In this document: positions 38,093 to 47,124 of the stretch, one piece after another
How the letters are laid out: every line of letters starts with the position of its first letter
How positions within the stretch are numbered: the stretch's first letter is position 1
Virus record (IMG/VR): IMGVR_UViG_3300029288_007054
Location: 26,446 to 90,445 of that record
DNA length: 64,000 nucleotides
Reading direction: 5' to 3' (one strand)
From: a virus
Taxonomy: Duplodnaviria; Caudoviricetes
Notes under the pieces: model-generated
Databases searched by the model: none
The model's input: the letters and a program-made list of their open reading frames with translations, nothing else
Told to the model about the DNA's origin: nothing
Translations under genes and position numbers: made by a program

Positions 38093-40572
38093 GTTATTCT
38101 TCTTATCTCACTTAAACCATTAATACCCGGCTGTTTCTCTATTAATATCTGATGTTTAAGCATTTTGTTAATAGACGGTTTGTGTGATATAACTAACACT
38201 CTTCCAAAATCGTTCTGCAATTTGTTAAGTAGCCTAAACACCCCCTGAGTATTTGCTTCATCAAGTGGACCAAACACTTCGTCAAGGCATATAATTTCAG
38301 GCTTCTGAGCACATCTGGTAAATGACAATCTAGCTAATCCAATATCAGTAGCCAATCTGATTATCATTTTTTCTCCACCGGACAACATAATAAACGTATC
38401 GGCAGTTCCACCACTAACATTAATATCAACCTTGGATTTATCATTAATCAGAACTTCTACACTAACCTTCCCATTAGTCAAAATATCTAGACACTCCTTA
38501 ATATAAATATTGAGAAGAGGTAAATACTTCTTGACCATCCTAGTTTGAATACCTTCCAACCCCAATACGTCTTCAATAAGTAGCAACCTATTCAATAGTA
38601 ATCGTTCTACCTCTAAGCTATCCTGAGTTTCTTTAAGAGTAATAGTTTCTTTTTTGATATTATCTATTTCCCCAGTTAATGTCCCAATCTGAGAATCGCA
38701 ATCAGACTTCAGCCTATTAGCTATCTCTATTGCCTTTTTATGCGCAGCTATCTTGTCTTGAATTCCCTGAGCATCCTTCATGGCCTCTATAAGTTTAAGT
38801 TTAATACTGTCAATCTTTTCATTAAGCTTAGTTATTTCACCGTCATACTTTGCAGATATTTCGTCCTCCTTAACCTTGTATGAGTCCTTCTGCTTATTAA
38901 ACTTTTCTATTTCCTTTTGGATATCCTTTAGCTCTGTTTCCTTTTCGGCAATGAGTTTAGCGTTATCGTCTATCTTAACCTTGTTATTCTCATTGTCCCT
39001 AATCTCAGACTTGATTTTTTCTTCTTTTATCAAGTAGTCATTGATTATATCAAGCTTCTTCTGGGCATCTTCTAAATTTTTAGTTATTTCTTCTTGCGAT
39101 GCCAAAAGCTTTTTAACGTTATCAGTATGAATACTTATCGAGTCATTGCACTTTTTGATTTCTGATTCAATATGTTTTCTGCTTACGTTACTCTTGCATT
39201 TGTCGCATATAAACTCTTCTTTAGTTCCGGCTTCCTTAAGTTGATCTTCTAGAGGCCTTTTCTCACCAGAAATACGTTTACATTCAAAAGACTCAGTGGA
39301 CATTTCGGACGTAACCTTTTCTTTTGCATCCTGAAACGATTTAACTTTTTCTACATATTGGGGCTTAGCTTTCTTGGCTTTTTCAACTTTCGCCAGCAGA
39401 TCTTCTCTAATTTTTAAATCAAATTGATCTACTTTGACTTTGGTAGCGGTTATGGTTGCCTGAAGTTCCCTCTGCTTGGTAGCTATGTTGGTTAATTTTG
39501 TCTGATCATTTGCTAGCATTTTGTCGGATTCTTCAAAAAGCAATTTCCACTGTTTAACTTGGGTTTCCTTTTGCTCTTTCTGAGAGTTAAGCTGTTCCTT
39601 AACGCCTCTACCCTCTTCCTTCATTCTCTCTATTAATTTTAAGATTTCTGATTTAGACAGCGTTTCTATGGCATCGTTATTTTGCTTAACCTCAATATCA
39701 ACATCCTTAACAGAATCTTTCAGAGCCTTGATCTTGGATTCTATGCTTTCAATGGTACCTTTGTTTTTAATATTACTAGAAATAACCTCAACCTTGGCAT
39801 TTAACTCCGTCAGTTTCTTTTCTTTGGCGTTCTTCTTCTTCCTAATATGTTCCAAGAAGCCTTCAATAGTATCACCTAGTTTTAGAAGGCTAATAAACAT
39901 TTCTTTCTTAACTTTATCCGTTCCCATTAAGAACTTACCTGCATCTGATTGACCGAACATAGCAGACGAACAAAATAAATCATAATCCATGGGAGTTATA
40001 CTAGCCAGAAATTCAGATGAGTCAGGTTTTCTATGCCCAGAAAGATGATCTACTTCGACTTTATTAAAGCATTCTACTTCCATTACTGGGCTATGATCTT
40101 TCTGATTGGCAGATAAAGTTCTTCCCCTCTTTGCCCTATAAATTTTGCCACCCTCTTCAAAAAATTCTTCGACATAGGATTCTCTAAGACCCTTGGGAAA
40201 TTTGCCATTAATCTTAGTAACCACAGAAACTCCAGCGCCTGCTATTTTATCTGTATTTGCATTTCTACGAACAATTTTTTCATAATGGACATAACAAATA
40301 CCCTCAAGGATTGTAGATTTTCCGACTCCATTACTTTCGTCATAATTATCGCCTACAATTCCAGCTATTCCAATAAGATTAGTTATGCCCCTAGCCTTAG
40401 CCTTGTTAATATAATCTAACGGATCTTTAGCCAAACGATCATAGAGAGCATCTGCCGTTAACTTACCTTGATTAACAAGCTCTTGGTCTTCTGGAGAGAT
40501 ATCAAACACAACAGAGTTATTCTTATTCCCAAACCGCATAAAATTATAAAGTCTTATAGCGTATATTTGCAT
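38089..40572 (-). CDS. sbcC: SbcC/Rad50-like SMC ATPase
   Basis: Walker A NGVGKST, long coiled coil, CDKC hook, LSGGE signature, ICLDE, ISH. Confidence 0.93.
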   Translation of the reverse strand: MQIYAIRLYNFMRFGNKNNSVVFDISPEDQELVNQGKLTADALYDRLAKDPLDYINKAKARGITNLIGIAGIVGDNYDESNGVGKSTILEGICYVHYEKIVRRNANTDKIAGAGVSVVTKINGKFPKGLRESYVEEFFEEGGKIYRAKRGRTLSANQKDHSPVMEVECFNKVEVDHLSGHRKPDSSEFLASITPMDYDLFCSSAMFGQSDAGKFLMGTDKVKKEMFISLLKLGDTIEGFLEHIRKKKNAKEKKLTELNAKVEVISSNIKNKGTIESIESKIKALKDSVKDVDIEVKQNNDAIETLSKSEILKLIERMKEEGRGVKEQLNSQKEQKETQVKQWKLLFEESDKMLANDQTKLTNIATKQRELQATITATKVKVDQFDLKIREDLLAKVEKAKKAKPQYVEKVKSFQDAKEKVTSEMSTESFECKRISGEKRPLEDQLKEAGTKEEFICDKCKSNVSRKHIESEIKKCNDSISIHTDNVKKLLASQEEITKNLEDAQKKLDIINDYLIKEEKIKSEIRDNENNKVKIDDNAKLIAEKETELKDIQKEIEKFNKQKDSYKVKEDEISAKYDGEITKLNEKIDSIKLKLIEAMKDAQGIQDKIAAHKKAIEIANRLKSDCDSQIGTLTGEIDNIKKETITLKETQDSLEVERLLLNRLLLIEDVLGLEGIQTRMVKKYLPLLNIYIKECLDILTNGKVSVEVLINDKSKVDINVSGGTADTFIMLSGGEKMIIRLATDIGLARLSFTRCAQKPEIICLDEVFGPLDEANTQGVFRLLNKLQNDFGRVLVISHKPSINKMLKHQILIEKQPGINGLSEIRRIT

Positions 40573-41870
40573 TATTTATTCTTCTTAGCTTCTTTATATT
40601 CTTCATACTCTTCAACGGTTAGATCTATCGTTAGTTTTTTCTCTTTCTCATCCTTGATTCTTTCTTCAAGCATTTCTTTTACGCAATCGATAACATCTTC
40701 AGCTTCCAAGTGTCCTTTTTTCAGTATTTCTGTTTCCAGCTTGGTAGCTGCTTCCCTTTGTTCTTCGTCGATTACATCATTCTGGTTATAAACATGGATT
40801 GGGTTTAGCGTGTCTCTTATCTCACGTTTCAGAGTCTCTAAACCAGATGAAAAATCTATCAATTCATCTTTCGTCCCATGAAATCCGAGTTTGACAATTG
40901 CACCTTTGTATTTGTCGGGATCTAACTTCTTAAAATTTTCCCTAATTTTACTTAGTGTACCATTGATTTCTATCATGGGCCTGCAATTTGGATACACTAT
41001 GAATTGACATTTTCCCATTTTTTTATCTGGTTTTGCTTCGCTATCAAAAACCACGAACCCCTTTTCCAAATCGGCTTCTAAGGCATTGGTTTTTTCAAGA
41101 CTGCCGGGATACATCGCAATACATTTTTTTGTGGGCAGCACCTGATGTTTATGATAATCCCCTAGCATGACATATTCTGCACCGATGCCATCCAAATCAT
41201 CCAAGCTTATATCCTTAGGATTATTGTTAATAAACTCATGCTTCACTTCTGCTGTAATCTTAGTTACAGTATCAGTTAATTCTCCAACCTGCCCCATTTG
41301 ATCAATAACCTCTTCTTCGGTATATTGGTTCATCGATGCACCCTTAACACCAAAATGTCCAAAAAATATTGAGGGCATATCTAATTTTTGTTTATGAATT
41401 TCATCAACAAAATCAGTAAAATCCTGTTTAATCGTTTTCTTCTTTTGTTCTACTTCCAAAGAATAAGGAAATAACAAAAGCTTTACCCCCTTATACGTAT
41501 TAATGGTTGGCTTTTCGATGACCACTGTCTTCGGCAACTGAAGTTCAAATATATCACTTATAGCATGTTCCCTCTTAGATACATCGTGATTTCCAATTAA
41601 GATGATAACTGGAATATCTGCCTTATTCAGTTTTCTGAGTTGTTTACTAAAAAAGCGTCGTACCTTATTTGATGGATCTGGATGATCATAGATGTCTCCG
41701 GGGATGACAAATAAATCGGGCTTAATCTCACTTATATTTTTATCCACCGCCCAAGCAAACGCTTTCATAAAATCTACGTTGCGGAAAGGAAGATCAGATA
41801 TATCTCTGTCCATGACGCCTTTGAATACCGTTTTGTTTAAATGAATATCTGGAACAACAGCTATCTTCAT
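40572..41870 (-). CDS. sbcD: SbcD/Mre11-like nuclease
   Basis: PDIH, GDIYD, GNHD, GH, LGDYH, YPGS; coupled to sbcC. Confidence 0.92.
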   Translation of the reverse strand: MKIAVVPDIHLNKTVFKGVMDRDISDLPFRNVDFMKAFAWAVDKNISEIKPDLFVIPGDIYDHPDPSNKVRRFFSKQLRKLNKADIPVIILIGNHDVSKREHAISDIFELQLPKTVVIEKPTINTYKGVKLLLFPYSLEVEQKKKTIKQDFTDFVDEIHKQKLDMPSIFFGHFGVKGASMNQYTEEEVIDQMGQVGELTDTVTKITAEVKHEFINNNPKDISLDDLDGIGAEYVMLGDYHKHQVLPTKKCIAMYPGSLEKTNALEADLEKGFVVFDSEAKPDKKMGKCQFIVYPNCRPMIEINGTLSKIRENFKKLDPDKYKGAIVKLGFHGTKDELIDFSSGLETLKREIRDTLNPIHVYNQNDVIDEEQREAATKLETEILKKGHLEAEDVIDCVKEMLEERIKDEKEKKLTIDLTVEEYEEYKEAKKNK

Positions 41871-41872
41871 TT

Positions 41873-42496
41873 TTATCCTATTATTTGGTTCATTGTTTTT
41901 TCGTAGTAATCGTAATCTACCTGACTAAAACACACAAACGTTACTTTCTCAATGTTAGTAGCAGCATTATTATACAGATATTCCAAAGTAGAATTAATAG
42001 CTATTAGACAAGCCACTTCTATGGGATATGCATGCCCTCCGGTCCCTAATGAAGGAAATGCAATAGATTTTAACTTATTATCATCTGCAAGCTTGATACA
42101 GTTTTTATAGCAATTAGCCATTTCAATATCTCTCTCTGGATGGGCATTTTTAAAGATGGGTTCAAGTTTACCATTAACTTCCCTTCTTATAATACCTCCG
42201 ATAAATTTCGGAGCCACAGTATGAATAACATGATTAGCGATAAGATTATATGCACCAGTAATACGGGCTTCCCCTGTCGGACATCTAACGCCATTCTTAT
42301 CTGCTGGCATTTCCCGACATTCTCTTAACAGAAACGGCCCAGCAGCTTTATGTATAGCCCCATCAACGCCTCCTCCACCTAATAGGGCTTCATGAGCAGC
42401 ATTTACGATAGCGTCAGCCTTAACTGCTGTAATATCCCCAAGAATGAGGTCTATAACTATATTTCGACTATTAACCTTTAGTGATTTGCTAATCAT
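41873..42496 (-). CDS. macrodomain ADP-ribose hydrolase (YmdB/MacroD-like)
   Basis: GDIT, IVNAA, GGGGVDGAIH, IAFPSLGTG. Confidence 0.93.
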   Translation of the reverse strand: MISKSLKVNSRNIVIDLILGDITAVKADAIVNAAHEALLGGGGVDGAIHKAAGPFLLRECREMPADKNGVRCPTGEARITGAYNLIANHVIHTVAPKFIGGIIRREVNGKLEPIFKNAHPERDIEMANCYKNCIKLADDNKLKSIAFPSLGTGGHAYPIEVACLIAINSTLEYLYNNAATNIEKVTFVCFSQVDYDYYEKTMNQIIG

Positions 42497-42858
42497 TTTT
42501 TACCTTTTAAAATTTTGATATGCTTATCAAGGTTCTTTAAGGCTATCTGATCCTGTGCAATGGTTTTTACCAACTTTTCCCGTTGTTCTTCAAAGTCTTT
42601 TAACATATATTCATTTAATTCAAGCTCTTCTTTCCGCACCTCTGCTTCCGTCATGCAGGTAACGCAAATACCTTCTTCTCCCATATCTATAAGACTTTGC
42701 GTTCCCGGAAAATTACACCATGTATCATTGAGGTTGTGACTTCTAACCCCACATCTACTTTTCATAGGCTTGTGAAGCTTTCTATGTTTGCATTTTCTCT
42801 CTTCGCATTTATGACTAGCAGGATCTCTTACTGCACCATCGCAGATTACCATTTTCAT
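42493..42858 (-). CDS. hypothetical Cys-rich/coiled-coil protein
   Basis: 121-aa ORF, coupled. Confidence 0.6.
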   Translation of the reverse strand: MKMVICDGAVRDPASHKCEERKCKHRKLHKPMKSRCGVRSHNLNDTWCNFPGTQSLIDMGEEGICVTCMTEAEVRKEELELNEYMLKDFEEQREKLVKTIAQDQIALKNLDKHIKILKGKK

Positions 42859-42884
42859 TTTTTGTACCCCTTTTCTGAATTATA

Positions 42885-43466
42885 TCATTTTTTAAAAGAA
42901 AATCCAGCTTTATCTGCCACACATTGTATGTCATCCTCAAAAGCGTTTCTGATCTGCTCTCCCTCATCCATATATTGTTTCCTAAGGACGTAAGAGGGAT
43001 GAAAAGTTGGCATGCATGGAATCCCGTTGTATTCAAACCATTTGCCCCTTAGCCTTGTTATCCCAGATTGACTAAGAATGAATTTTAGGGGCGTTGCGCC
43101 AATAAGCAAAATATATTTTGGTTTAGTTATCTCTATCTCTTGCCTTAACCAATCATAAACGCACATATCAACTAATTTACTATCTTCTGGAAATTTGTTA
43201 TTTTCAGGTCTGCAGGGAAGGGTATTTGTGATAAGAGAATTCCCCTTGTTATATCCGAACTTATTTAATGTGGCACGTAATAACTTTCCCGCCTTACCTA
43301 CAAATGGCTTAAGCTGTTCCAGTTCTTCACTTCCGGGCGCTTCGCCGCAGATTAAAACTATAGGGCTAGTTTTACATCCATCAGACGGTACAACACAATT
43401 ATATACCTTCCCGATAGCACATGCTCTACATTTCAACTTTGCTTCTTCAAACGATGAGTAATTCAT
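42885..43466 (-). CDS. uracil-DNA glycosylase family 4
   Basis: CRAC, GEAPG, PFVGKAG, CRP, HPSY. Confidence 0.93.
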   Translation of the reverse strand: MNYSSFEEAKLKCRACAIGKVYNCVVPSDGCKTSPIVLICGEAPGSEELEQLKPFVGKAGKLLRATLNKFGYNKGNSLITNTLPCRPENNKFPEDSKLVDMCVYDWLRQEIEITKPKYILLIGATPLKFILSQSGITRLRGKWFEYNGIPCMPTFHPSYVLRKQYMDEGEQIRNAFEDDIQCVADKAGFSFKK

Positions 43467-43493
43467 AAGATAATTATACAAAAAAGAGGAGAT

Positions 43494-44456
43494 TTAAGAG
43501 AACATATTGTTTCTGATTAATTGATAATCATTTTTAGTCAATTTATAATTAATAAATTTAAAATTAGCATGCAAAACATCATGAACATACCTTCTTTTTT
43601 TTACGATATTCCTAAGATAACTGATATAGTTTATTTTTGATTTCTTATGAAAACCAGTTACCTCTACATAGGTATTATCTAGTGGAAAGTAAAAGTCATA
43701 GCGACAATAACCAATTCCGGGGCCATATCTTTGATCATGAATAAAAAATTTTCTTTCATTTTTAAATTTTAAATACCAATAAGCTTCAACTTTAGAAGAA
43801 CAAAGGGTGCCATCCCTTAGCACTATTTTTTTACATTTAGGACAACTATTGCCGTTAATTCGACTATAAACCGCTGCCTGCCATTCATAATCACATTTTG
43901 AACATTTCCACCACATCTTTTGATGAGAACTATAGGGAACCTCGCATGCACCTATCTGATTTTTAAACAAGTGAAATTCTTTAGCTAAATCAGGGTATTT
44001 TGTTTGAAGAGAATTACACTTGGGACAATTGCCATGCCCCAGAAGTCTATTATAAATTGATGCAGACCATTCATAAGAACAAATGGAGCATCTCCACCAA
44101 TATTTATTAATAGAATGACCTACTTCGATAGGATCGATTTTGTTCTTATCGTAGCTCCATTCTTTTAACAGCTCTGGACGTTGTGATACGAAAGATTGAC
44201 AATAGGGACAATTAGCGCTATTTTTTATATTTCTAAGTCTAGATTTAATGCCATTTTTTAATGTTTTAATATATCTAAATCCGATTTGAGCCATCCATTC
44301 AAAACCACACTTAGAGCATCTCCACCATACTTTTTTTCTACAATTTATTGCAACATCGTTGGGAGTTAAGGTATTCTTATTTTGATTCCACTCTTGGGTC
44401 AACAACGGCGAGTTAAGAGAAAGTCTATTTTTATCTGTTATGACATTAGATCCCAT
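43494..44456 (-). CDS. zinc-ribbon-repeat protein with C-terminal PD-(D/E)XK-like nuclease (homing endonuclease-like)
   Basis: Three WW.CS.C..EW.A...CP.C repeats, then RYDFYFP..NTYVEVTG. Confidence 0.75.
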   Translation of the reverse strand: MGSNVITDKNRLSLNSPLLTQEWNQNKNTLTPNDVAINCRKKVWWRCSKCGFEWMAQIGFRYIKTLKNGIKSRLRNIKNSANCPYCQSFVSQRPELLKEWSYDKNKIDPIEVGHSINKYWWRCSICSYEWSASIYNRLLGHGNCPKCNSLQTKYPDLAKEFHLFKNQIGACEVPYSSHQKMWWKCSKCDYEWQAAVYSRINGNSCPKCKKIVLRDGTLCSSKVEAYWYLKFKNERKFFIHDQRYGPGIGYCRYDFYFPLDNTYVEVTGFHKKSKINYISYLRNIVKKRRYVHDVLHANFKFINYKLTKNDYQLIRNNMFS

Positions 44457-44587
44457 ATCTCACTTTTAGACAACAAACCCTTAAACGACTATAAGTTAGA
44501 TTCATTGCCATGAGATCTAGTTAGGAAATCGAATAAGGGTCTGTCTTAATATTTTTTACTAAATCTCATGGCATATATATTATACCA
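44457..44587 (-). promoter_or_regulatory. pseudoknotted 5' leader with extended -10 promoter
   Basis: TGG-TATAAT at 44579-44587; helix 44506-44520/44559-44573; crossing helix 44474-44483/44534-44543. Confidence 0.65.
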
Positions 44588-44613
44588 TAAGAACCTGTAA
44601 AATTCCTTCATTT

Positions 44614-45351
44614 TTATGATTCATTTGTAAAGGCATACCAAGCAATTCCTGTTCTTTCATTACCATTCATGTCTGTCACTATAAACATTGGGAAACAATA
44701 CATGTCTACGCCTCTTACTGCGACATATCCCCTAGCAATAGCCATAGCTTTAGCTGCCTTACCGATGGTAGCATTGCCAAAACATCTTATAACAACTTCT
44801 TTGTTCTCTTCCAATGAGTGCGCAATGGCTCCAGCCAGTTTTTTAACATTACGCTTCCTATCTTCTGGAAGGATATCTTTCGGATCAGCTTTTACCATTA
44901 AAATACTTTTACATTTATCAATATCAACGCTCTTTTTGTCTACCATCTTTTCCGAAGCAAAAGCGACAAAAGATATTCCGGTTAATTCGTTTTCTCCCAT
45001 TTTTGTGGTGATAAACGCTGGAGAGCAATCAAGCTGAAGATTTTGAACCTCTATATAGCTTCGTGCAATAGCAAGTGCCTTAGCTGCCTTACCAATAGCG
45101 GCATTACCAAAACATCTTACATTAATTTCTCCCTTGGCCCTAAGGGAATGGCTAATGGCCCCAGCTAGCTTTTTAACGTTTCTCTTACGTTCATCAGGAG
45201 TGATATCTGGCGGATCTGCCTTAACTTTTAAGCAATTAACAATTTCTCCTTCGTTAAGATGTGATTCGTCCACTGGCACTTCGTTGACTAATTCTTTGCT
45301 AATTTCTTGTTCATCATTACTTACATTTATTTGTTTATCGTTTGTGTCCAT
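44614..45351 (-). CDS. tandem SpoVS-domain protein
   Basis: Two copies of VKKLAGAI.HSL...FGNA.IGKAAKA.AIAR.Y...C.P.F...G.E.TGI. Confidence 0.88.
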   Translation of the reverse strand: MDTNDKQINVSNDEQEISKELVNEVPVDESHLNEGEIVNCLKVKADPPDITPDERKRNVKKLAGAISHSLRAKGEINVRCFGNAAIGKAAKALAIARSYIEVQNLQLDCSPAFITTKMGENELTGISFVAFASEKMVDKKSVDIDKCKSILMVKADPKDILPEDRKRNVKKLAGAIAHSLEENKEVVIRCFGNATIGKAAKAMAIARGYVAVRGVDMYCFPMFIVTDMNGNERTGIAWYAFTNES

Positions 45352-45471
45352 TTTCCCTTGCTCCTTAATTTAGTGTATGTACAATTATTGCTACACTTAT
45401 ATTATACATTAAATAACAAAAATACACTAACTTTTTTTTAGTGCATGGAATATTATTCTATTGAGCAAAGA

Positions 45472-45505
45472 AAAAAGCCTCTTTTTTAAAAAAAAGAGGC
45501 TTTTT
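45472..45505. terminator. bidirectional intrinsic terminator-like inverted repeat
   Basis: AAAAAGCCTCTTTTTT / AAAAAAGAGGCTTTTT just downstream of the sigma gene. Confidence 0.7.
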
Positions 45506-45520
45506 ATCTACTGACAGAGA

Positions 45521-46450
45521 TTAAACCGTTATTCTATTCGCCATTATTTCTTTATTTTTCCTAAGTTTTCTTATCGCTTTCAAAATGGTATTTGCCTCTT
45601 GGGTTTTTCTCATTTCTATGGTATAACAAAGTTTATTGCTTCTCCCCATATGATAATCAACCAAGACAAACCGATCTAAATTAGTCTTCCCCCTAATAAT
45701 ATCCTTGACTAGATTTTTACAATTCTTCTTATCTTCTATTTTTTTTGCAGTTCTGCGGCCAAGGGTAATAAACCCTGTCTTAGTCTTATATTCCTTTAGA
45801 GCTGACGCCAAAGTACTTCCAGAGCCGATCTTCTTTAAAAAACCTCCTACGGTTGGACAACCATGAGATAAATATTTTACAGTTTCTTCGAGGTCTATTT
45901 TTCTAAGAACATTATCTGGCCTGTTTTTAGAATCTGGAATAACATCTTTTAGTGTATTTTCTGAACCATCTTTATTGTTATATTTATATTCGAGTGATAA
46001 CATAAAATTGTATTTGTTGATTTCATTATCCATAAACTGCGGGAGTCTCTTCTTAGCATTCTTGCCGATATGAAGGTTCCTAATATGATTAATGAAATAA
46101 GTGTACAGGCAGGTGTTAAAAGACCCTTTATCCTTCTTATAATTCATAATCGCTTTATAGAAGTAGTGGCTTAGCTCTCCAAACATGTCCTCTTTACTAT
46201 CCATAAGATAATAATATTGCCTAGCCCAAATCTGTAAAGTTGGTATTCGACTTTTATACAGCCTTTCAAAAATTTCATTATCGCCTGTTTTTTGAAAAAG
46301 AACCACATCTTTATCTTCCTGTGCTCTATCTATTTCAACAAAATTAGATTGTTCCTCTATCGGTTCCGTTGTGAAGTCTCCCTCTGTTTTTATTAGATTA
46401 GGACAAACTATCTTTAAGCATTTTTTTTGTTTCATTCTTCTCTCCAGCAT
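45521..46450 (-). CDS. sigma-70-family sigma factor-like protein
   Basis: Region-2-like IFERLYKS...EDMFGEL...KAIMNYKKDKGSFNTCLY..FINHIRN; LSLE...TLKDVIPD. Confidence 0.7.
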   Translation of the reverse strand: MLERRMKQKKCLKIVCPNLIKTEGDFTTEPIEEQSNFVEIDRAQEDKDVVLFQKTGDNEIFERLYKSRIPTLQIWARQYYYLMDSKEDMFGELSHYFYKAIMNYKKDKGSFNTCLYTYFINHIRNLHIGKNAKKRLPQFMDNEINKYNFMLSLEYKYNNKDGSENTLKDVIPDSKNRPDNVLRKIDLEETVKYLSHGCPTVGGFLKKIGSGSTLASALKEYKTKTGFITLGRRTAKKIEDKKNCKNLVKDIIRGKTNLDRFVLVDYHMGRSNKLCYTIEMRKTQEANTILKAIRKLRKNKEIMANRITV

Positions 46451-47124
46451 TTATTTAAAAACTCACAGCACTTACATTCCTTAGCCGTTTTAACTTTATA
46501 GGGCTTTCCGGGTATTTCTCCTTTTATTTTGCATTCTGATAGCGTTAAGCATTTGCTTTTTACAGCCATGATAATCGGTTTATATGGCTCAATGTCAAAT
46601 AGCTCATACTCATGTGTATTCTCATTTTCATATATTGCTAATCCGTGTTTCAGTTCTGCAAGCCACATATAAATAATAGTTTCTATTACATCTTTTTTCG
46701 AAGCTCCTCTTTTTTTGACAGTTAAAAATCTATCTTCATTAACCGGAAATATCTTCACGGCAAAAATAACGTCATTTACGCTAATAACGGCATCTATCGT
46801 TCCAGACATATTGTAATTACAATCGCCTACTACCAGATCAGACTCCAATAGCTTTATCGATTTGAACTTTGAAAAATATTCTTGCCATTTTTTCTTCGTA
46901 TAAATGTCGCTGGTCGTTTTAAGATAAGATGCAGATTCTTTTTGTTTGCCATCCCCCATAACCCTATATATTAATTTTCGAGAACATTCAGTAATAGTAT
47001 TGGGATTAAAAGTTGTTTTAAGCGATTCCTTAGATCTAGCGGAAACCTCGCTGTCAATTATTTGTTCAAGTTGTGCAGTAATGTGATCTTTCTTAACAAA
47101 TATTGGGGCTTCTATTTCTAGCAT
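46432..47124 (-). CDS. Cas4-like/RecB-family PD-(D/E)XK protein
   Basis: N-terminal C.RK.IY, SGTIDAV, C-terminal CKCCEFLNKC (4-Cys staple). Confidence 0.75.
   Translation of the reverse strand: MLEIEAPIFVKKDHITAQLEQIIDSEVSARSKESLKTTFNPNTITECSRKLIYRVMGDGKQKESASYLKTTSDIYTKKKWQEYFSKFKSIKLLESDLVVGDCNYNMSGTIDAVISVNDVIFAVKIFPVNEDRFLTVKKRGASKKDVIETIIYMWLAELKHGLAIYENENTHEYELFDIEPYKPIIMAVKSKCLTLSECKIKGEIPGKPYKVKTAKECKCCEFLNKCWREE

Noticed and set aside
46432-47124. CRISPR-Cas locus
   Set aside because: Solo Cas4-like gene; I found no repeat-spacer array or other cas genes.
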